A DNA stretch of 64,000 nucleotides from an uncultured bacterium. GTDB taxonomy: Bacteria > Patescibacteriota > Patescibacteriia > UBA9570 > XYC2-FULL-38-9. Location of the stretch: contig CALKUP010000006.1 in assembly GCA_937996685.1 (NCBI GenBank), positions 1 to 64,000 of the forward strand, written 5' to 3'. Positions 30,272-40,378 of the stretch are shown here, piece by piece. Both the position numbers and the translations under genes were made by a program. Within the stretch, counting starts at the first letter, position 1. Every line of letters begins with the position of its first letter. The notes beneath the pieces were generated by a model that was not told the DNA's origin, searched no databases, and saw nothing but the letters and a program-made list of their open reading frames with translations.

Positions 30272-31408
30272 TTACTGAATGATTTTCACAATATCTTGAT
30301 ATGTGACCGCAATTACAAGCATGAGCAAAAAGAGGAATCCAATACTGTGCACCAAGGTCTCAGTTTTTTCGTTAATCGGCTTTTTTCGAATTGCGGTTAA
30401 CACTGCCATAGTGATTCGGCCACCATCTAATGCTGGAATTGGCAAAAAGTTAAAGACCGCTAAATTGACGGAGAGGATAGCCATAAATTGAACAAGGCTT
30501 GAAATTCCAAGGTCAGCGGCTCCGCGGGTAATTTTTGCAATGCCGATAGGACCAGCGAGATCTTGCGCTGCCGAACCTGTGTCAGAAAAAAGACGCACAA
30601 ACAACAGTCCAAAGCCTTGAAAAATTCCAACGGTACTCAATGCAGTTTCCTTCACTCCTTGGACAATCGCAAGATGTGGTGGATATTGCACTGTCTCAAC
30701 GGCCGCAAGACCAATCCCCATTCCAATATATCGCTCGCCAGAATCAGTCACAATCTCAGCTGGACTCAGGGTAATATCTTTTGTTGTTTTTCCAGACAAG
30801 ACACTTAAAACAACTGGTGTTCCGAGGTCTTTTTCAGAAAACCCTTGAAGATCTTTCACTGCTGAAATTTTTGTACCATTTTTTGCTGTAATTTGATCTG
30901 CAGTTGTAATACCAGCCTTTTCCGCAGGACTTCCTGATCGAACTTGTGTCACAATAATTTCAGGATCAGCACTTGTCATGGTATTTTGTGAAATCTGTGT
31001 TTTTACACCCAAAGAAAATGCAATAGAAAACAAAATCGCCGCGAGAAAAAAATTCATCCCAATACCGGCAAACAAAATACCAAGTTTTTTCCAAAATGGT
31101 TGAACCGCAAAACTATCGTTATCATGGAAACGATGCTTGTTTGTTTCATGCTTTGTTTCATCAACCTCTTCAATCTCCTCGCCTGCGATCCCTTTAATTC
31201 GAACAAACCCACCAAGCGGAACCGCATTTAAGGAATACAGTGTATCTCCAAATTTCACGCCAAACAAACGTGGCGGGAAACCAAAACCAAACTCATCAAC
31301 GCGCACACCAGACCACTTTGCAGCGATAAAATGACCAAACTCGTGAATACAGACTAAAATGCCGAGAACAGCGATAAATAACACTGCTGTGATTAAAAAA
31401 TCTATCAT
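30272..31408 (-). CDS. rseP: RIP zinc metalloprotease RseP (site-2 protease)
   Basis: HEFGHF (HExxH) in TM1, a PDZ domain, and a C-terminal LDG motif. Confidence 0.85.
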   Translation of the reverse strand: MIDFLITAVLFIAVLGILVCIHEFGHFIAAKWSGVRVDEFGFGFPPRLFGVKFGDTLYSLNAVPLGGFVRIKGIAGEEIEEVDETKHETNKHRFHDNDSFAVQPFWKKLGILFAGIGMNFFLAAILFSIAFSLGVKTQISQNTMTSADPEIIVTQVRSGSPAEKAGITTADQITAKNGTKISAVKDLQGFSEKDLGTPVVLSVLSGKTTKDITLSPAEIVTDSGERYIGMGIGLAAVETVQYPPHLAIVQGVKETALSTVGIFQGFGLLFVRLFSDTGSAAQDLAGPIGIAKITRGAADLGISSLVQFMAILSVNLAVFNFLPIPALDGGRITMAVLTAIRKKPINEKTETLVHSIGFLFLLMLVIAVTYQDIVKIIQ

Positions 31409-31423
31409 ACAAACACTAATCGA

Positions 31424-31963
31424 TTATACTGTCATTAATTCTTTTGTCTTCGCTACTGCGTGATCCTCGATTGAGGCATTGGCCGCATCAACTTCCGCTT
31501 GCACTTCTTTTTCAATTCGGAAATATTCATCTTCTGATATCTCGCCCGCTTTTTCTTGTGTTTTTGCTGCCTTTAATAAGTCTTCTCGTACTTTTCGTAC
31601 CTGAATGCGTGACTGCTCTACCATTGATCCCATCAGCTTCACAAGATCACGACGACGCTCTTCTGTGAGCTGTGGCAACGCAATACGAATAATCGTCCCA
31701 TCAACAACTGGATTCACCTGGAGCTTTTGATCTGCGGCAATTGCAACTTCAATCGGTTTCAGTAGGGTTTGGTCCCATGGTTGTACCACAAGTTGCTGTG
31801 GCTCTGGTGCGGAGATGCTCGCAACCTCAAGAAGCTTCATTGTTGAACCATACGCTTGCACTGGAATATTTTCTACCATTGAAGGGTTCGCGCGATTCGT
31901 TCGCAATCCTCGGAGCTCTTCTTCAAGATGAGTAATAACTTTTACAAATTGTTCTTTATACAT
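31424..31963 (-). CDS. frr: Ribosome recycling factor
   Basis: Full-length RRF homology (179 aa). Confidence 0.93.
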   Translation of the reverse strand: MYKEQFVKVITHLEEELRGLRTNRANPSMVENIPVQAYGSTMKLLEVASISAPEPQQLVVQPWDQTLLKPIEVAIAADQKLQVNPVVDGTIIRIALPQLTEERRRDLVKLMGSMVEQSRIQVRKVREDLLKAAKTQEKAGEISEDEYFRIEKEVQAEVDAANASIEDHAVAKTKELMTV

Positions 31964-31977
31964 AAACGAAAATTAAA

Positions 31978-33153
31978 TTATTCTGTTGGAACGACTTGGA
32001 AAAACGTTCGCTTTGGTTTTGGCGGATTTTCCAACACCGCAAACATCACGTTACTTTCTGTGTCTTCTTCTGTGAGATATTCAGGCACCAATGCATTAAT
32101 AATCCCATTCACTGGAAAATTATCAATCGTCTTCCAGGTTTGACCATTATCAGGAGATTTATGAATTTCGTTATTTAATGAAAAGTACAGTAAGCCCGGA
32201 GCTCCTGGAACAGTCGCAAGAGCCCGAATACTTTTATTTTCACTCGCTCCTTTTGAAATCAATGTCTGAATAAACTTCCACGAGAACCCGCGATCACGTG
32301 ACTCAAAAATTCCTTCCGCTGTCACAGCAAGCAAGCGCTCTGAATCATTGGCGTCAAAAAAGAGACTTTCTACTTGATGAAAATTCGGATTTGCCGATAA
32401 AAAGGCATCCCATGTTTGCTGAGCCAAAATCAACGCTTTGTCTGTTTCCCCATCTTTTAATTGACGTTGAAATAAATCCTTCCAAGACTCTCCTCCGTTA
32501 TCAGAATAATGGATACTTGTTTCAAACTCGGTCACATACAAGACGCGACTATCTGTTGGAGACATCAATAAATCTGTGATCGGCCCTTCAAAATCACCCG
32601 TCACCGTCCAATTAATACCTTCATCTGCGGACACCAAGACAATCCCTTGTGTTGTTCCGATAATTAAACGCTGTGGGTTAAACCAGTCAATTGCAATACG
32701 TGTCGGCTCCCCCCCTTCTGGATCTGTGTAAATTGATTCCCAGGTCGCTCCCGCATCCCCAGACTTTAACACACTCGTACCATAGGTCATGTATAAAATT
32801 TCTGAGTTCAAAGGATGAACTTGAAGATCACGAACCAAGCCTGTGGAAATACCTGTTTGTAACCACTGCTCTCCGCGATTAAATGTTTTATAGACACCAT
32901 TTTCTGAAGTCGTCATGTACATCACATCACGATTCTTCGGATCAACTCTGAGCTTCAATCCATTAATAGGCGCTAGAGTTGTTGTTGCTTTTGCATCTTG
33001 AGAAACAAAAATTTTTGGAATCCAGGTTTCTGCCAAATCGTCAGAATAGTACACACCGCCAGCATCGGTCGACGTCTTACCTCCGCAACTTTGGCCAGTA
33101 AATACCAACACCCCAACGAGTAACAATGAAACGCTCAAACGTGAAATTTTCAT
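31978..33153 (-). CDS. Secreted/lipoprotein beta-propeller with BNR/Asp-box repeats (Ycf48/sialidase-like fold)
   Basis: Signal peptide ending in a Cys. About seven S-x-D-x-G-x-(T/S)-W repeats (SDDLAETW, NRGEQW, SGDAGATW, SADEGINW, SDNGGESW, SRDRGFSW, SPDNGQTW). Confidence 0.6.
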   Translation of the reverse strand: MKISRLSVSLLLVGVLVFTGQSCGGKTSTDAGGVYYSDDLAETWIPKIFVSQDAKATTTLAPINGLKLRVDPKNRDVMYMTTSENGVYKTFNRGEQWLQTGISTGLVRDLQVHPLNSEILYMTYGTSVLKSGDAGATWESIYTDPEGGEPTRIAIDWFNPQRLIIGTTQGIVLVSADEGINWTVTGDFEGPITDLLMSPTDSRVLYVTEFETSIHYSDNGGESWKDLFQRQLKDGETDKALILAQQTWDAFLSANPNFHQVESLFFDANDSERLLAVTAEGIFESRDRGFSWKFIQTLISKGASENKSIRALATVPGAPGLLYFSLNNEIHKSPDNGQTWKTIDNFPVNGIINALVPEYLTEEDTESNVMFAVLENPPKPKRTFFQVVPTE

Positions 33154-33920
33154 AAGAATAATAATGAATCAAGAGTGATTTGAATAGATACAGTATGACA
33201 TAATTGTTGTATGTTCTCAATAACAGCGCCTTGTTTTTGGAGCTTAGTGAGGCGGTCTGCATCAACTGCTGTCTCTAGCACTGCCGTGTATGCAGCAATC
33301 AGTGCAGTAAGGTGAGCATCGAGTCTCTCACGTTCTGTTTTTCCACCCTTTGTTTTTTTTGAAAACTGTTTCTCCAGCATCGCAAATCGCTGCTCATACG
33401 AACTGCCTAAAAACGCTGTCCAGAACAAACGATCCTCTGCAGCAACCTCTTGTTTTGCTGATGTGTCTGCAAGAGAGATACAACGAGACTGAATAGTCGG
33501 CAATAGATCAGTTTTTTGTTTTACACCAAAGATACAACGACTCGGTAATTGCAACTCTTCGATCATTTTTAATAGCGCGTTTGAGACGGGCAGCGAAAGA
33601 CTGCTTGCAAGCGGAAATACAACAACATGCCCTCCTTCAGCGTCTCCTGTTGCGTATGCCAGGTGGCGTTGCGCTAAAGCAACATGCTCCATTCGAATGA
33701 CGCCATCTTCTGGCGCAATCACTAAAATACGAGAGCTTGCAAGAAACTGATCAACCGGCACGTGTGTTAAGACGCTTGTTAACGCAAGAGTTGAAGCAAC
33801 AGATTGTTCCGATTCAAAAATAATTGCAGCGGCTTGGGCTCGATCAAAAAAATGCGCGACAGCAGCACTTCCTTCATTCGCCATTGCATAATCGCGATCA
33901 GAAACAACGCCAACAATCAT
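33150..33920 (-). CDS. DNA polymerase III delta'-like clamp-loader subunit (HolB-like), no N-terminal P-loop segment
   Basis: ALLKMIEE (cf. ALLKTLEEP) and TIQSRC (SRC motif). The ORF starts 4 nt inside the upstream GT4 stop. Confidence 0.5.
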   Translation of the reverse strand: MIVGVVSDRDYAMANEGSAAVAHFFDRAQAAAIIFESEQSVASTLALTSVLTHVPVDQFLASSRILVIAPEDGVIRMEHVALAQRHLAYATGDAEGGHVVVFPLASSLSLPVSNALLKMIEELQLPSRCIFGVKQKTDLLPTIQSRCISLADTSAKQEVAAEDRLFWTAFLGSSYEQRFAMLEKQFSKKTKGGKTERERLDAHLTALIAAYTAVLETAVDADRLTKLQKQGAVIENIQQLCHTVSIQITLDSLLFL

Positions 33921-35026
33921 ACAGACACCGATTTAATAATATCCCATGTTTCATTCGCAGTTTTTTGCCATGAAAATGATTCTGCTTGCTTGTGTCCAGC
34001 TGCAATTTTTTCTTGTGATTTTTCAGGATGTGACAACTCACGCTCAATAGCCTCTGCAATAGCGTCTGTTGATTTTGGGTTAAAAAACACAGCAGCATCC
34101 CCTGCAACTTCTCGCAAACTCGGGATGTCAGAACAAATCACTGGCACATCATAACGCATTGCCTCAAGCACAGGCATACCAAAGCCTTCGTATAAAGATG
34201 GAAAGACAAATGCGCGCGCTGCTTGCAATAAGGCAACAATTTCATTATCAGAAACATAATCAGTAAAAATAACACTTTTCTCTAACCCACGGTCTTTGAC
34301 AAACTGCCGTAGCGCTTCTGCGCCAAAGCCAAAACCACCCGCAAATACCAAAACAACGTCATCTCCTGGGTGAGTGTTTTTGTATTGCGCAAATGCCTCG
34401 ACAACTCGATGAGAATTTTTCTTTTCTTCGACACGGCTAATTGTTAGCAGAATGGTTTTTCCTTGCAATGCAAAACGCTCAAGAATACGCGTATCTGCTT
34501 CCCCGCCCCGAACATGCAGTCCGTTATAAATACGTGTTAAATGCGAAACAATCTCTGGCGCAATGTTTGCAATCGCATTATATGAAAAATTAGATATTGT
34601 AATAATATGCGCCGCTTTTTTAATGGCCAGACGAAATGACCAATTATGATATGATAATTCACTTTGCGAATAGAGCTCAGGCGCCTCAATAAAACCAACA
34701 TCATGAATAACAGTCACGGTTTTTTTTGGCGAAACAATTGGAATTGTGTGAGCAGGAACATACAACACATCTGGGCGGTGCAGAATCATTTCAATCGATA
34801 AGCGTAGTTGTGTCCAAAATTTCCCAGGCTTCCATCCCAAAACACGATTTTCCCAATTCGCCGGTAATGGCAATAAATCACTTTTGAGCGGCTCTTTAGA
34901 ATACAAGCGCACTGTATGCTCTGCCGGAATAATTTTTTTTAACTCTTGAATAACAAAATAACTGTACCACTCTGTTCCGGTTCGGTGATCTGTGTTCGCG
35001 CGTGATGCGTCAATTCCAATAATCAT
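33917..35026 (-). CDS. Glycosyltransferase family 4 (GT-B)
   Basis: EX7E-type motif FPSLYEGFGMPVLEAMRYDVPVI. Confidence 0.8.
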   Translation of the reverse strand: MIIGIDASRANTDHRTGTEWYSYFVIQELKKIIPAEHTVRLYSKEPLKSDLLPLPANWENRVLGWKPGKFWTQLRLSIEMILHRPDVLYVPAHTIPIVSPKKTVTVIHDVGFIEAPELYSQSELSYHNWSFRLAIKKAAHIITISNFSYNAIANIAPEIVSHLTRIYNGLHVRGGEADTRILERFALQGKTILLTISRVEEKKNSHRVVEAFAQYKNTHPGDDVVLVFAGGFGFGAEALRQFVKDRGLEKSVIFTDYVSDNEIVALLQAARAFVFPSLYEGFGMPVLEAMRYDVPVICSDIPSLREVAGDAAVFFNPKSTDAIAEAIERELSHPEKSQEKIAAGHKQAESFSWQKTANETWDIIKSVSV

Positions 35027-35027
35027 A

Positions 35028-36035
35028 CTACCGATTTTCCATGATCGATCGTTTGTATGAATCCAAATTTTCTAATGCGATACCTGTCCCTCGAACGACA
35101 TTCAATAAAGATTCTTCAGCAACATAGGTCGGGACATCAGTTGCCCGAGCGAGTAACTCATCGAGATTTCGCAACTGACCAGAGCCACCGGAAAGCACCA
35201 TTCCTTTTTCAATCACATCCGCAGCAAGTTCTGGAGGTGTTTCTTGTAATACTGATTTCACTGCATCAATTAAATCATGCAACTCTGTTTGAATTGCCTC
35301 TGTAATGTCATCAGACGTGACTGTAATCGTTCTTGGAAGACCCGTAATCATATCGCGACCACGCACTTCCATTGTAAGGGGGTGCGCAAGCGGCAACGCA
35401 GAACCAATCGTAATTTTCAATTCTTCTGCTGTTCGCTCACCAATTGCAAGATTGTGTTTACGACGAACGTATTCCATAATCGCTGCATCAAATTTTGTTC
35501 CGCCAATACGCACAGAAGTGTTCGCAACAATTCCGCCGAGTGAGATAACTGCGATTTCAGAAGTTCCTCCGCCGATTTCAATAATCATATGACCACTTGG
35601 AGAGCCAATTGGAATACCAGCCCCAATCGCAGATGCAATCGGCTGCTTAATGATATACGCCGCCTTCGCTCCAGCCTGGAGCGTTGCATCAATCACCGCA
35701 CGACGTTCTGTTGATGTAATCCCTGCAGGCACCGCAATCATGACCTCTGGCGCGAATAAACGCACACCACCTAATGCCTTATTAATAAAATAACGCAACA
35801 TACTTTCTGTTGTTCGATAATCTGCGATTACGCCGTCCTTTAATGGTTTTTGTGCGACAATCGTGTCAGGTGTTCGACCGAGCATTTGCTTGGCCTCGTT
35901 TCCAACAGCGAGCACTTTACGATCTTTCAATGAAATAGCAACAACAGAAGGCTCATTCACAACAATGCCCTTTTTTGGAACAAATACGAGTGTATTGGCT
36001 GTTCCTAAATCAATTGCAATCTTCTTTGAAAACAC
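35028..36035 (-). CDS. MreB/Mbl-like actin homolog (second paralog) embedded in glycan cluster
   Basis: IAIDLGTANTLVFVPKKGIVVNEPSVVAI; full actin-fold colinearity with the mreB at 29159-30205. Confidence 0.85.
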   Translation of the reverse strand: MFSKKIAIDLGTANTLVFVPKKGIVVNEPSVVAISLKDRKVLAVGNEAKQMLGRTPDTIVAQKPLKDGVIADYRTTESMLRYFINKALGGVRLFAPEVMIAVPAGITSTERRAVIDATLQAGAKAAYIIKQPIASAIGAGIPIGSPSGHMIIEIGGGTSEIAVISLGGIVANTSVRIGGTKFDAAIMEYVRRKHNLAIGERTAEELKITIGSALPLAHPLTMEVRGRDMITGLPRTITVTSDDITEAIQTELHDLIDAVKSVLQETPPELAADVIEKGMVLSGGSGQLRNLDELLARATDVPTYVAEESLLNVVRGTGIALENLDSYKRSIMENR

Positions 36036-36040
36036 TGGAT

Positions 36041-38047
36041 TTACTTGATATGGATAAGTCTGTCAACTAAGAGATTTCCGGTTGCAGAAGCTGTATTATC
36101 CTCAATTTTTGTGTCCATGTCAATAGCATCAATAGATTCGACATTTTTGCCGATATCGAACGAAACAGTCAGTGGATTTTTACGTGTTCCGGCTTGTTTT
36201 TGGACGAGTAATTGATATTCATTCCGTTTAATATCTTGGACAACGGAATCTGGCAATTTATATTTTACCCGCAGCGTTCCAACCTTATCTTTTGCCTCAA
36301 CAGAGAAAAATCCTTCAACAACAGTGTACTCTGTTTGCGTTCCATCTACTTGTTCGATGGTTTGTGTGCTGATATCCGCTGAAGTATCTTTGCCTCCAAA
36401 ATAATGATCGTTTGTTAGGAATCCTGAATTTTCTAAGACCTGCGCTCCAGCCGGCAAATAAAATCGAGTGTGTGTGCGATATCGATTTGCAATGAAAAAG
36501 TTATCTGGTTTTCCGTTAAAGGTGTATTGCATTTCAGCGGTCCCAATATAGTCGTTCCCTTCTTTTGAAACAGTGTATTTCAACTGCTTGTCCATCACCT
36601 TGTCAGTCTTTAACGCTGCGAGATTTGCATCGATCACACTCAAGTAATCAGAATCATACTCCTTCATTTCCCCTGCCCAATTTTCCTCGACAATCAAACG
36701 CTGTGTCGCTGGATCGTCAACATAGAGCAAGACCTGCTTTTGATCAACGTTGTCGCGGAACACTTTCCATACATCTGGGAATTTTGATTGTGGCAATGCA
36801 AACACTTTATCGATTAACGAGCTCGCGAGTACGCCAATGATTTCTTTACGAGTCGCATCTGTCTTTCCTTCCCCTTCGTAATTAAATTCAGTTTTAAACT
36901 GCAGTTGATCTGTTAAGTTATCTTTATTGAATTGAGCGCCGTCAACAGTGATTGGACCTGTCAAAGAAAGCAATGACGCGATAAAATCAGGAGTTACCGC
37001 AATCACACCATCAAAGTCTTGTTGATTTGGGGTTGGTAAATATTGCGCTTCTTCGTTATATCGCTCTTGGGCTTTTTTCGCAGTTGCTGGAAAATGCGGA
37101 TCCCAGTTAATATTACGCATTAAATCATTTTGTGTTGTTGTCCAATGCGCAATTGGGCCAGGAGACGGCGCTGTTACTGCCTCACGTGCTGGATTATCCA
37201 AATTATAAATATTGTCTGTGAAAAAATCTGAAATTTCACCATTCTTTAATTTCAAAATTCCGTATGTTCCAATAAAGCCACCTGTCGGACGCAGCTCGTT
37301 ATTGTTTTGTAATAAAAAGAGATAGGTCTTTTCTTCCGGATACCCAGCAATTGCCGGCAATGATTGTGCAAGCGGAATCGCTTGTGTGACAACACTTTCA
37401 AGCAATGGCAACTGTTCTTTCACAGGAGCAACTGCTGTTGCAATTGGCGCAAGCAATCCTTTATCTGGAATCGATTCAATCGCCAATACCGCAATTTGAA
37501 TATCTGACCGAACAGCTTGCAAGTCAACATTTGACTCTGATAATACTTGCAAAATATTTCCCTTATCTTCGCTACTCAAGTCTGACAAAGAAGTGTCAGA
37601 TCCTTTTTTTGCGAGCACGGCGGTTACCTCTCCACCAAGAACACTCACTTTTGACAGACCTGATGATAAATTCGTTGCCGCAATCAACATTTGATCAGCT
37701 GCTTCAATTTGTGGACTGACGCCTGGAATATATTTATAGACCTGGAATCGTTGCAGTTTATCGTGTGCAACAGAAAAATGTTCATGCGCTTCATTTAAAT
37801 CTTTTTCTGCCTTTTCAAAATCTTGATCTTGCAATGCCACTTGTGCATATTCTAAACTCGCTTTCCCTTCTAACGCTTCCGTTGCAACACGTTGCGCCGA
37901 ACGAACGTTGACCAACCCCCACAACACCAATAGAAAAACCAGAAAAAAGAAAAACGCAACAGCAAGGACGAGTATTTTTTTTGGCCAACTCAGCCGCGCC
38001 CAAAAGTGTTTTGTTCGTTTTGTGTATGAATCGAGAATATTTGTCAT
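36041..38047 (-). CDS. Large membrane-anchored extracytoplasmic protein (possibly DUF4012-like)
   Basis: 668 aa with an N-terminal TM (ILVLAVAFFFFLVFLLVLWGLV), then a long coiled-coil/alpha region and a beta-rich C-terminus. The family assignment is tentative. Confidence 0.45.
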   Translation of the reverse strand: MTNILDSYTKRTKHFWARLSWPKKILVLAVAFFFFLVFLLVLWGLVNVRSAQRVATEALEGKASLEYAQVALQDQDFEKAEKDLNEAHEHFSVAHDKLQRFQVYKYIPGVSPQIEAADQMLIAATNLSSGLSKVSVLGGEVTAVLAKKGSDTSLSDLSSEDKGNILQVLSESNVDLQAVRSDIQIAVLAIESIPDKGLLAPIATAVAPVKEQLPLLESVVTQAIPLAQSLPAIAGYPEEKTYLFLLQNNNELRPTGGFIGTYGILKLKNGEISDFFTDNIYNLDNPAREAVTAPSPGPIAHWTTTQNDLMRNINWDPHFPATAKKAQERYNEEAQYLPTPNQQDFDGVIAVTPDFIASLLSLTGPITVDGAQFNKDNLTDQLQFKTEFNYEGEGKTDATRKEIIGVLASSLIDKVFALPQSKFPDVWKVFRDNVDQKQVLLYVDDPATQRLIVEENWAGEMKEYDSDYLSVIDANLAALKTDKVMDKQLKYTVSKEGNDYIGTAEMQYTFNGKPDNFFIANRYRTHTRFYLPAGAQVLENSGFLTNDHYFGGKDTSADISTQTIEQVDGTQTEYTVVEGFFSVEAKDKVGTLRVKYKLPDSVVQDIKRNEYQLLVQKQAGTRKNPLTVSFDIGKNVESIDAIDMDTKIEDNTASATGNLLVDRLIHIK

Positions 38048-38048
38048 A

Positions 38049-38846
38049 TTACCTATTAACGTTTCTTTTTTGTAAATACACCCACCAGTCCATCATGTGG
38101 CGACGTGTGAGATATGAGACTGCTTGAAATACAGAAAATCGTCTCGCTGCTGATTGTCGTTGATGATAATGAATGATCTGTTTTGTGTCGTGAAAGTATA
38201 CCACATCAAATCCTGCCTGTCGCACACGATCACAGAGTTCATAATCAGCAAAATAAAGGAAAAAATCTTCTGAAAAACCTCCGATAGAATGGATCACCTC
38301 AGACCGCATCAGCATACATGCACCTAACACCCAATCAACAGCGCGTGTTTCATCGTGATTAAAATCAGTCATTAAATGACGATTGATGTCACGCTTTGCC
38401 CACGGTAAACTCCCCAAAAAGGTTCGTCGATAAATTGGCGTCAGCAATGAATACTGTCGATAACAAGAATACTGCACAGACCCATCTGGATTGACGAGTT
38501 TTGGTCCGAGAATTGCCGTCTTCTCATGTGACTCCATATACGCAACCATTACCGCGATATCATCGCTACTTTTTATCATGATGTCAGGATTCACAATCAA
38601 CAAATACTTCCCTTGCGCTTGCTTGATTCCAATATTGTTTCCAACAGCATGGCCAGAATTTTCCGTATTCGCAATAACCTTCACTTGATCATACGCAGCA
38701 ATCGCTTCAAGTGATGTGTCGCCAGAATTATTATCAACGACAATAATTTCATATTCAAACGGCAAATTCAGCTGCGTGAGATAGTCGCAACAAATACGTA
38801 AATGGTGAGGCGTGCGATAATTCAGCACAATAAAAGAAAGCATCAT
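38049..38846 (-). CDS. Glycosyltransferase family 2 (GT-A)
   Basis: LSFIVLNYRT...VVDNNSGD...NTENSGHAVGNNIG; DxD-type fold. Confidence 0.8.
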   Translation of the reverse strand: MMLSFIVLNYRTPHHLRICCDYLTQLNLPFEYEIIVVDNNSGDTSLEAIAAYDQVKVIANTENSGHAVGNNIGIKQAQGKYLLIVNPDIMIKSSDDIAVMVAYMESHEKTAILGPKLVNPDGSVQYSCYRQYSLLTPIYRRTFLGSLPWAKRDINRHLMTDFNHDETRAVDWVLGACMLMRSEVIHSIGGFSEDFFLYFADYELCDRVRQAGFDVVYFHDTKQIIHYHQRQSAARRFSVFQAVSYLTRRHMMDWWVYLQKRNVNR

Positions 38847-38875
38847 ACCCAGCGATTATACGCGAAATAGCCGAG

Positions 38876-40372
38876 TTATTCAACTACTGGACGCTTCACA
38901 AACGAAAGCAAGGATAGCAGTAGAATGCCGTACCCAAAACCGAGCGGGTGGTTCAAATATGGAGTAAATACGTGCACTGCTGCTACAGCCACAAACCCAA
39001 CCGCCACTGCCTGCAAGACGATGTCGTTATTGCGATATTGCCAAATATCACGCGCAATACTCCCGAGTATACCAAGGACCACAAGACACAACAGTCCTCC
39101 AAATTTTAATAGGAAATCAAGGTATCCCCACTCAAACGCATATGTTGTATAGGTTCCGTCTGGTGATTGTTGTCGTACTCGTGGATCGTTTGAGATATAC
39201 GTCACTGTTCGACCAAGACCGGATCCCAGAACTGGGTGTTCAAGAATAGCCGCTTTCAATGGTGGTAGTTGCTGCCAACGAGATGCAGCAGCACTTTCTC
39301 CAGACACGTTGCCGAGACGATCTGTTAATAAATTATACGCTCCGGATTTTGGGTAACCGGGAATTTCAAGATTCACAACCCCAAGCAAAATTCCATATCC
39401 AGCAATTGCAGACAATCCAAACAACACGCCGGTCAATAACAATGCACGCAGTCGCTTCCATGAACGCCCGTCAATCATCAGCAGTACACTCGTCATCGCT
39501 GTTGCCACAACCGCCGCAAACCAAAATGAACGTGAATAGCTCATAAACACAACGCTCATTGCAACAATCAATAACGCAGAAAACTGAATCAACACGCGAC
39601 GATTTGGTAATTTTTTTTCAAGCAACATGACAGCCAGCGGAATACTCGCAATGACACATTGCAAAACATATATTTGATTTTGAAAAAACACACGAGTAAA
39701 ACCGTTGCCGGCAGGCGTGATTTCCCCAACACCGCTTCTACGCAGCCATGTATAGAGCGGTAATAACACTGGTCCGAATATTCCTGGCTGTGAAAAACAA
39801 AACAGCACAAGAATTGTTTTCAACATAACCCACACAGTCGCGAGTAATCCGATTTCAAATAGTCGTTGCCACTCTTCACGCGTACGCACTGCTTGCGTAA
39901 CCGGAATCATCCACGCAAGATAGATATATCCGTTTGCGTCAAAAAACAATGTACCGAAGGAATTCCCGCGCACCAACGCAATAACAACACCGAGCGCAAC
40001 CACGCAATACAACGCTGTGATCTGCTTCCAGTATGGGAATGAAAAAAATCGCACACGCTTGTCGCGTATCATTTGCGCAAGCATCACGCCAAACAAGGCG
40101 ATAAATAATGCAATACGAATCGACAAAGAAAAAACACCAATTGAAAGGTAAAATAAATACCCTTTTGAACCAAGAATTAATTCAACAAGCTGAATGCCAA
40201 TTCCAGCGAGCGGATTTTTCCATGCAACAATTGCTGCCACAACCAGAATACAAATAGACAGCGGCAACTGCGCACTTGTTACTGTGTGCGCAAAAAATGA
40301 CAACAACTCAACAACAATAAAGGCTGCAAATAATTGCGCGATAGTTTTTCGAGATAGTAAAAGAAAATTCAT
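38876..40372 (-). CDS. Polytopic membrane protein, O-antigen polymerase/ligase (Wzy/WaaL)-like
   Basis: About 12 TM helices with a large extracytoplasmic loop. Sits inside the GT/Wzx cluster. Confidence 0.4.
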   Translation of the reverse strand: MNFLLLSRKTIAQLFAAFIVVELLSFFAHTVTSAQLPLSICILVVAAIVAWKNPLAGIGIQLVELILGSKGYLFYLSIGVFSLSIRIALFIALFGVMLAQMIRDKRVRFFSFPYWKQITALYCVVALGVVIALVRGNSFGTLFFDANGYIYLAWMIPVTQAVRTREEWQRLFEIGLLATVWVMLKTILVLFCFSQPGIFGPVLLPLYTWLRRSGVGEITPAGNGFTRVFFQNQIYVLQCVIASIPLAVMLLEKKLPNRRVLIQFSALLIVAMSVVFMSYSRSFWFAAVVATAMTSVLLMIDGRSWKRLRALLLTGVLFGLSAIAGYGILLGVVNLEIPGYPKSGAYNLLTDRLGNVSGESAAASRWQQLPPLKAAILEHPVLGSGLGRTVTYISNDPRVRQQSPDGTYTTYAFEWGYLDFLLKFGGLLCLVVLGILGSIARDIWQYRNNDIVLQAVAVGFVAVAAVHVFTPYLNHPLGFGYGILLLSLLSFVKRPVVE

Positions 40373-40378
40373 AGAGTG

